In this document: piece after piece, positions 58,894 through 64,000 of the stretch
Layout: every line of letters starts with the position of its first letter
Position numbering within the stretch: position 1 is the stretch's first letter
DNA from: Candidatus Hodarchaeota archaeon
GTDB taxonomy: Archaea; Asgardarchaeota; Heimdallarchaeia; Hodarchaeales; Hodarchaeaceae
Reading direction: 5' to 3'
Assembly (NCBI GenBank): GCA_016840035.1
Contig: JAEOTC010000077.1
Coordinates: 34,699-98,698, forward strand
DNA: 64,000 nt
Made by a program: the position numbers and the translations under genes
The notes under the pieces: generated by a model
What the model was told of the DNA's origin: nothing
The model's database searches: none
What the model saw: only the letters and a program-made list of their open reading frames with translations

Positions 58894-59661
58894 ATAATCA
58901 CGCTCTAAACTAAAATGTGAGTCATATAGATATGATTAATGCACCATTTTAACTAAACAGAGCATAATTTCCAAATGATTTTCTGTTTAATTAGAGTTCA
59001 TCGGATTCTAATAGTTGAATCGCGAAAACTGTTCCTATTTTTCTAAAGAGAAGGTAATTAAGGGGAGAGAAATCAGATTTTTCTGCAAGTAAAGTGGTAT
59101 TCACAAGATTTCGGAAAATTATTGACTAAATAGCGATTAAATAGACAGTTTAGTCGATATTTGTCATTTTCGTTTCTGTCTCTCATTGTTTGAAGGTTCT
59201 TAAATTCAGAAGTCAAAAGGATAAAACTGAGTTTGAGGTGTATGATGGATATACCCGTTTTGAACGGGGATACTGATGGTTCACGTGTCTTGCACTCCCT
59301 CATTTTCGGTTAACTCCCTTCAGTTAGTATTACGTCACGGAAAATTCTGAAAATGACTGTTAATTAAATTCAATTGACCAGAATTTTTACAATCTTGAGA
59401 ATTTCTTTGGTAAAATACTTCTATTTCCCTTCATATCTCTCCTAAACATTGAAACAGATTATCAGATATTCTCTTCCATTTAAGCAACATATTATTTCTC
59501 TTTATGCCATCATTTTCTCCAAAGTTATGATTAGATGAGAGAAGAATTTTGAAAATTGTGTCCTTAATATTTTTTTACGAAGATCCGTTTTATACACTTA
59601 CTAGCGAGACAATAGGTAACTTTCTATCTATAACCGACTTAAATCTGTTCGAGTTGAAATA
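58894..59661. other. Long AT-rich intergenic region between divergent radA and cdc6 (candidate origin or regulatory region)
   Basis: At 768 bp it is the longest gap in the window and is adjacent to orc1/cdc6. No canonical ORB was recognised. Confidence 0.35.
59234..59302 (+). ncRNA. Candidate structured RNA (C/D-box or kink-turn-like)
   Basis: Terminal TGAGG/CCTCA pairing, ATGATGG, inner hairpin CCCGTT-TTG-AACGGG, CTGA. Locally GC-richer than its flanks. Confidence 0.3.
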
Positions 59662-60957
59662 ATGACAACACCATCAAAGGATTATACTTTCTCAGAATTA
59701 TTTGGTTCCCAACAAACTGTCTTCCGCGAGGAGGATGTAAATCAAGGAGAAAAAGTATTCACCTCTTCATACACTCCACATTCAATCTGGCACAGGGAGG
59801 AAGAAATGAAAGCTCTTGTATCTTATTTTAAATCTATTATTACAAGTCCAACAACTTCTAGTAAAAAAGTAATACTTTATGGCCCTGTAGGAACAGGAAA
59901 AACAGTTATTTCCCATGCTTTTGGAAATGAATTAACACATTATCTCGCTAGAGATAGAAATCATGGTGATCCTCGGTTTAGATATTTTCACATAAACTGT
60001 CGGAAAACTAAAACTCCTCATCTAATTTTAACGACTGTTCTAAGATATTTGGTATCTGGTTTTCCTTTAAGAGGCTTTAGTGTTGATGAATTACTCCGAA
60101 TGTTTACCCTATTACTCTACGAACAAAATTTAGTCGTTTTATTAGTGTTAGACGAAATTGATTACCTTATACCAGAAGAAAGAACGGATTTTCTGTATTC
60201 GCTTTCCCGATTAGAGGAATCTCCCATCCTCCGTGAAGAATATGGTGTAAAAGAACGATTAGAAAGTAGATTCAATCTTCTGACGATTACTCGTGATAAG
60301 AACTTTCGTTATTATTTGGATTCTTCAACAGCATCGAGTTTAGGGAGGAGTTACATTACATTTGCCCCTTATACTCGTTATCAACTGTTTGACATTCTAG
60401 CTTCACGGGCAGAGCTTGGTTTACGGGAAGAATGCTATACAGATGAAATTCTCGATACAATAGCGAGTTTAGCAGAGGAAAAAGGTGATGCTAGGTTCGC
60501 AGTTGAATTATTATGGAAAAGTGCTAAACTTGCCGATCAAGAAGGAGAGAATAAGATAACTATAGAAATGGTTAGAAAGGCTGTAGTAGATGTACTTCCA
60601 GTTGAAAGATCTTTAATTGATGATTTAAATTCCCATCAGAAATTAATTCTCCTAAGCATCGCACGTCTGCTATCAATACGCGAACAATCGTGTGTTACTA
60701 CCCCTCAAGTAAAGGAAGAGTACGAAACGATATGTGAAGAAGCAAATGTTCGTCCTAGAAGACAAACACAAGTTTGGGCTTATTTAAGGGATTTGAATAG
60801 ATTGGGTTTAATTCAACAACAAGTTGAAAATCGTCACTCTAATGGAAAGTCAATGGGACGAATTTCAACGATTAGAATTCAAGATATTCCCACTAAGGAG
60901 ATAATTTCTTCTCTTAACCCATTATTAGCCGAACAAAACCTACAACCCCAAGCCTAA
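59662..60957 (+). CDS. cdc6: Orc1/Cdc6 replication initiation protein
   Basis: HREEE, YGPVGTGKT, HINC, LVLDEID, FAPY, GDARFA, C-terminal winged helix. Confidence 0.93.
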   Translation: MTTPSKDYTFSELFGSQQTVFREEDVNQGEKVFTSSYTPHSIWHREEEMKALVSYFKSIITSPTTSSKKVILYGPVGTGKTVISHAFGNELTHYLARDRNHGDPRFRYFHINCRKTKTPHLILTTVLRYLVSGFPLRGFSVDELLRMFTLLLYEQNLVVLLVLDEIDYLIPEERTDFLYSLSRLEESPILREEYGVKERLESRFNLLTITRDKNFRYYLDSSTASSLGRSYITFAPYTRYQLFDILASRAELGLREECYTDEILDTIASLAEEKGDARFAVELLWKSAKLADQEGENKITIEMVRKAVVDVLPVERSLIDDLNSHQKLILLSIARLLSIREQSCVTTPQVKEEYETICEEANVRPRRQTQVWAYLRDLNRLGLIQQQVENRHSNGKSMGRISTIRIQDIPTKEIISSLNPLLAEQNLQPQA

Positions 60958-62034
60958 AGCTACATATATCCAGTCAACCAAAAACCATACCGCAGCACCT
61001 AATACCGCGGTTATAGGAACAGTAACTATCCAAGAGATCACAATCATTCTAACCATTCTTTTCTGGATTGGTAATCTCTCTGCCCATCCAACTGCTAGCA
61101 TTGCTGAAATAAGCACATGTGTTCCACTCAGAGGGAAGCCTGCTAATGTACCAAATGTCATAACTAACGTTACGGAAATCATAGCTGATAAAGCTGAACC
61201 TGTATTCATTGAAACAATTTCTTTCGCAACGACTTTGATAACCTTCCAACCAACCAAAATTAAACCCAATGCCATCCCTACTCCTCCAATAATCATTAGA
61301 TTTTCATTTGAATTCTCCATAGAACTAGTATTTAGAATTTGTAATGATAGTACTGGTGCAATTGAATTTGCTACGTCATTACCAGCACGGCTAGCGGAGC
61401 TAAGTATTAGAAAAATCGCAAGGAGGTAAGTATAAACGCGATCTAAACGCTCACGGTCAGTCATTCTATATTCCGAAATTATTTCACCGTCATCTTCCTT
61501 TTCTTCATATTTCTCTTGTTTTTTTGCTAAATAAACTTCCTCAAAGCGTTGAAGCCAGAACTGAACAGTGGCGGCACTAAAAAATCCAATTACTGGACTT
61601 AATATCCATCCTGCCGCAATTTCTGCTGCTTGCCAATAATCAATACTAAAAATTCCCCATTCAGGAGATTTTAAACCTGCAACTGCACATACACCTATTA
61701 TTGCCCCTATCACCGATTGAGTGGTAGAAATTGGAAGTCCCTCAGCAATACTAGTGGAAACAAGAACTATTATCATAGCTATTAAAATTGAAATTATCAT
61801 TGGATCAGTCAAAATTTTATTTCCTACCAAATCTTTCCCTATTTTTTTGGCGACTGGTGCGCCCATAAGGAAGGCACCAACAACACTGAATATAGCACCA
61901 AGAATTACTGCTGTACGTAGTGTAAATACACCTGATGCCACTCCTGGTGCCATCATTTCATCATTTGTGCCAGCAGCAAAGGCTACTGCAAAAGCCATTG
62001 CAACAGCAAAAATAAAAATGATAATTTCAAGCAA
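60940..62034 (-). CDS. PiT-family inorganic phosphate transporter
   Basis: GTND, PISTTQS, GNDVANS, PLSGTH signature motifs. Confidence 0.92.
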   Translation of the reverse strand: MLEIIIFIFAVAMAFAVAFAAGTNDEMMAPGVASGVFTLRTAVILGAIFSVVGAFLMGAPVAKKIGKDLVGNKILTDPMIISILIAMIIVLVSTSIAEGLPISTTQSVIGAIIGVCAVAGLKSPEWGIFSIDYWQAAEIAAGWILSPVIGFFSAATVQFWLQRFEEVYLAKKQEKYEEKEDDGEIISEYRMTDRERLDRVYTYLLAIFLILSSASRAGNDVANSIAPVLSLQILNTSSMENSNENLMIIGGVGMALGLILVGWKVIKVVAKEIVSMNTGSALSAMISVTLVMTFGTLAGFPLSGTHVLISAMLAVGWAERLPIQKRMVRMIVISWIVTVPITAVLGAAVWFLVDWIYVALGLGL

Positions 62035-62046
62035 AATATAGCCTCA

Positions 62047-62721
62047 TCATCCATATTTTACCGTCATAACTTGTATATAATCAGATAATTGTTCAGCAGC
62101 TTCAGCTACCACCACTAGACTAACACTAATCTTGTAACAGTAATAAGCATCTTTCGCGTCATAATCAGGTGAATTAATTCTTCCAAAAATATGGAAATCA
62201 AGATCTCGTGCTTCTTCGCGAGCTGCATCGACTTTTGCTGCGTATTTCAGGGCCTTTTGGGTATCAGAGTCGATATATTTCAGGGCATCCTGTAAAAAAT
62301 CTGTACACTGATGAACTTTTTCAGCTAAAATTGGCATTTCATGGGGAATTCTTGCTGGAAAATCTTCCCGTGCTACTAATCTTCTTATGACAACCTCGGT
62401 TTTGTTTACAATTATATCCATATACCTAACTAATCGATGTCTATCTTCTGTTGCCTGGGGAAGATAAGCACCTTTTGTAAAAATGTCAGAAACCAATTCT
62501 TCTTTGATATCATCACAGCGGCGTTCCGCTTTCACAATATCATCTTTTAAATGAAGTATTTTTGATCGTGCTTCGGGATCTTGTTCATGATTTGCCCAAA
62601 TAACAACCGCATCAGCTAATTTGGCTGATGCAATCTGAAGTTCTTTTGCTAGCTGAGCAAATAATTCTTCGCCTCTCTTCCACAATTTCTTATCTCTTCT
62701 AAATAACAAAAAATATTCCAT
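62047..62721 (-). CDS. DUF47/PhoU-like phosphate transport regulator
   Basis: AERRCDDIK...EDR...D..; upstream of and co-oriented with the Pit gene. Confidence 0.88.
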   Translation of the reverse strand: MEYFLLFRRDKKLWKRGEELFAQLAKELQIASAKLADAVVIWANHEQDPEARSKILHLKDDIVKAERRCDDIKEELVSDIFTKGAYLPQATEDRHRLVRYMDIIVNKTEVVIRRLVAREDFPARIPHEMPILAEKVHQCTDFLQDALKYIDSDTQKALKYAAKVDAAREEARDLDFHIFGRINSPDYDAKDAYYCYKISVSLVVVAEAAEQLSDYIQVMTVKYG

Positions 62722-62911
62722 CCTTAAAGAAGGTCTTTTGAAACTTGCATTGAAGAATTCACACGAAAGTAATATATGAATTGCTTTTTTATTTCAAAAG
62801 AGAATGTAAGTACCCTATTCTTGTAGTGTTCCATCACTGAAACCTTTATATTCTCACTTTCAATGAATTTGGAAATGAATCATTACATTCCGTTGGAGGT
62901 TTGTTTTCCCA

Positions 62912-63877
62912 TTGTCGAAAGAAAAAGAATTCTTAATTCAAGACTTAACTATTGATGATGAGTACGATACGATTTCTGCCAATGCTTCCGTACAAGAAGC
63001 GGCACAAAAAATGAAAAAAAATGGAATCCCCGATTTAGTAGTCCTTGATGAGGATGAAATGTATCAGGGTGTTATTGCTGATTTTGATATTGTAACTAAT
63101 ATGGTTGCTGAAGGTTTATCCACAGAATCTAAAGTTACAGAACTAATGTATACTATTGAACCTGTAACAAAGACCACAACCGTATCGGATGCTTTTGCAC
63201 GTATGCGTGATTTAGATGTATCTGTTGTCCCTGTTGTTGAAAATGATGCAGTTGTAGGAGTAGCAACAATCACCGATTGTTGGGGATTCTTACCTGAAAA
63301 ATACGAAGATCAAAAAGGTCTTATTGCTGTTTCCAATCCCCGTTTTGCTAATTATAGTTTTACTCTGTTTATGTCTGTTCTTTACTTATTCTTTGGTATC
63401 TTTGCTCCGCTTATTGGGATTGTTGGCTACCTTAAAGCCCCCATTGCAAGTCAAGGAGGATTTACAGCCACTTATTATCTTTTTGAAGCGCGCGGAGGTA
63501 GTTTTTGGATCCGTTTTATCGACATTCAAGGTCAATTCGGCCTTATGTGGCTTCTTATATCAATTTACGGCGTTGTCTTCATAATTTTAGGCCTAGTGAG
63601 TATCTATGCGATTTTTCAATGGGCATATGCCGATTACAAGATGATTAAGCTTTCTCGAAATTGGCAAGCTATTGGTATACTAGTAGGTTTGTTAGGAATC
63701 ATTTTAGAATGGATGTTCTTTGTCTCATTTATTTTAATGGATGTATTACGAGTATCAAATGTACAGATTGATGTCATAGGATTTCTATTCTCAGTAATTG
63801 CCGTCATATGCCTATTAGCTGCAGTTTCTCGGGATTATGTTTTCCGTGAAACTACAACCATGCCAGAGGAGGAATAA
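62912..63877 (+). CDS. CBS-pair protein with a C-terminal 4-TM membrane domain
   Basis: Two CBS repeats (SVQEAAQKM...GVIADFD; TVSDAFARM...VGVATITD) followed by TM helices. Confidence 0.85.
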   Translation: MSKEKEFLIQDLTIDDEYDTISANASVQEAAQKMKKNGIPDLVVLDEDEMYQGVIADFDIVTNMVAEGLSTESKVTELMYTIEPVTKTTTVSDAFARMRDLDVSVVPVVENDAVVGVATITDCWGFLPEKYEDQKGLIAVSNPRFANYSFTLFMSVLYLFFGIFAPLIGIVGYLKAPIASQGGFTATYYLFEARGGSFWIRFIDIQGQFGLMWLLISIYGVVFIILGLVSIYAIFQWAYADYKMIKLSRNWQAIGILVGLLGIILEWMFFVSFILMDVLRVSNVQIDVIGFLFSVIAVICLLAAVSRDYVFRETTTMPEEE

Positions 63878-63879
63878 AA

Positions 63880-64000
63880 ATGCCCCGTGGTGGTGGCGGC
63901 GGATTTCGTGGCGGTGGTGGGGGTTTTCGGGGTGGTGGTGGATTCCGAGGAGGAGGTTTTCGAGGTGGTAGTCGTAGTTTTCGAGTAGGATCAGTAAGAA
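63880..64000 (+). CDS. Protein with an N-terminal RGG/FRGG low-complexity repeat (partial)
   Basis: Manual translation MPRGGGGGFRGGGGGFRGGGGFRGGGFRGGSRSFRVGSVR. It starts 2 bp after the previous stop, has GGAGG upstream and runs off the window. Confidence 0.75.
   Translation, partial: MPRGGGGGFRGGGGGFRGGGGFRGGGFRGGSRSFRVGSVR

Noticed and set aside
59237-59285. Fluoride riboswitch or SECIS call
   Set aside because: Only a partial resemblance. No crcB-type gene or UGA-containing selenoprotein gene is adjacent, so it is kept only as a generic structured-element candidate.
59073-59303. 76-aa ORF in the radA-cdc6 intergenic region
   Set aside because: No recognisable motif and atypical composition; the region is better explained as non-coding.
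58894-59661. Canonical ORB/mini-ORB repeats
   Set aside because: No repeated TTCCAxTGGAA-type boxes with G-strings were found by eye, so an origin is not asserted.
981-63584. Numerous short ORFs antisense to or nested in long genes (e.g. 981-1265, 4167-4427, 11988-12359, 42139-42507, 55741-56043, 61721-62041)
   Set aside because: They overlap well-supported genes and show no motifs, so they are shadow ORFs.
1-64000. CRISPR array, tRNA/rRNA, transposase, integrase or provirus
   Set aside because: I saw no spaced repeats, cloverleaf or rRNA-like GC-rich tracts, or mobile-element genes; intergenic gaps are short.
63880-64000. Calling the RGG ORF fibrillarin or Gar1
   Set aside because: Only the low-complexity N-terminus is visible; no catalytic domain lies in the window.

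Overview
A gene-dense, AT-rich archaeal chromosomal segment. RadA, Orc1/Cdc6, geranylgeranyl reductase, a DnaJ-Zn/OB RecJ-like nuclease and AOR indicate archaea. A tandem longin-like protein, a CTERM-anchored subtilase and a long-tailed RadA suggest an Asgard (Heimdallarchaeia-like) lineage; that assignment is inference. Left part: Mo/W oxidoreductases, an SCP2/aldolase/YoaC-LsrK-like kinase/YoaD-like dehydrogenase operon, acyl-CoA dehydrogenase, a FdrA-YlbE (AllF/AllG-like) pair in which FdrA is split by one in-frame TGA, a heterodimeric ABC exporter with a penicillin-acylase-family gene, UvrA and an orphan histidine kinase. Middle: an RHH regulator and queuosine-precursor transporter converge on an operon of two paralogous Zn-ribbon (DUF1156-like) amino-methyltransferases flanking a thymidine kinase. 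No restriction nuclease is visible, and a third orphan methyltransferase lies 10 kb away. Right part: a MacB/LolCDE-type ABC transporter, a coiled-coil/wHTH protein, glpK, divergent radA and cdc6 around a 768-bp intergenic region with a candidate structured RNA, Pit/DUF47, and the start of an RGG-repeat protein. I saw no rRNA, tRNA, CRISPR array, integrase or transposase. All calls come from motif recognition by eye; no database searches were run.
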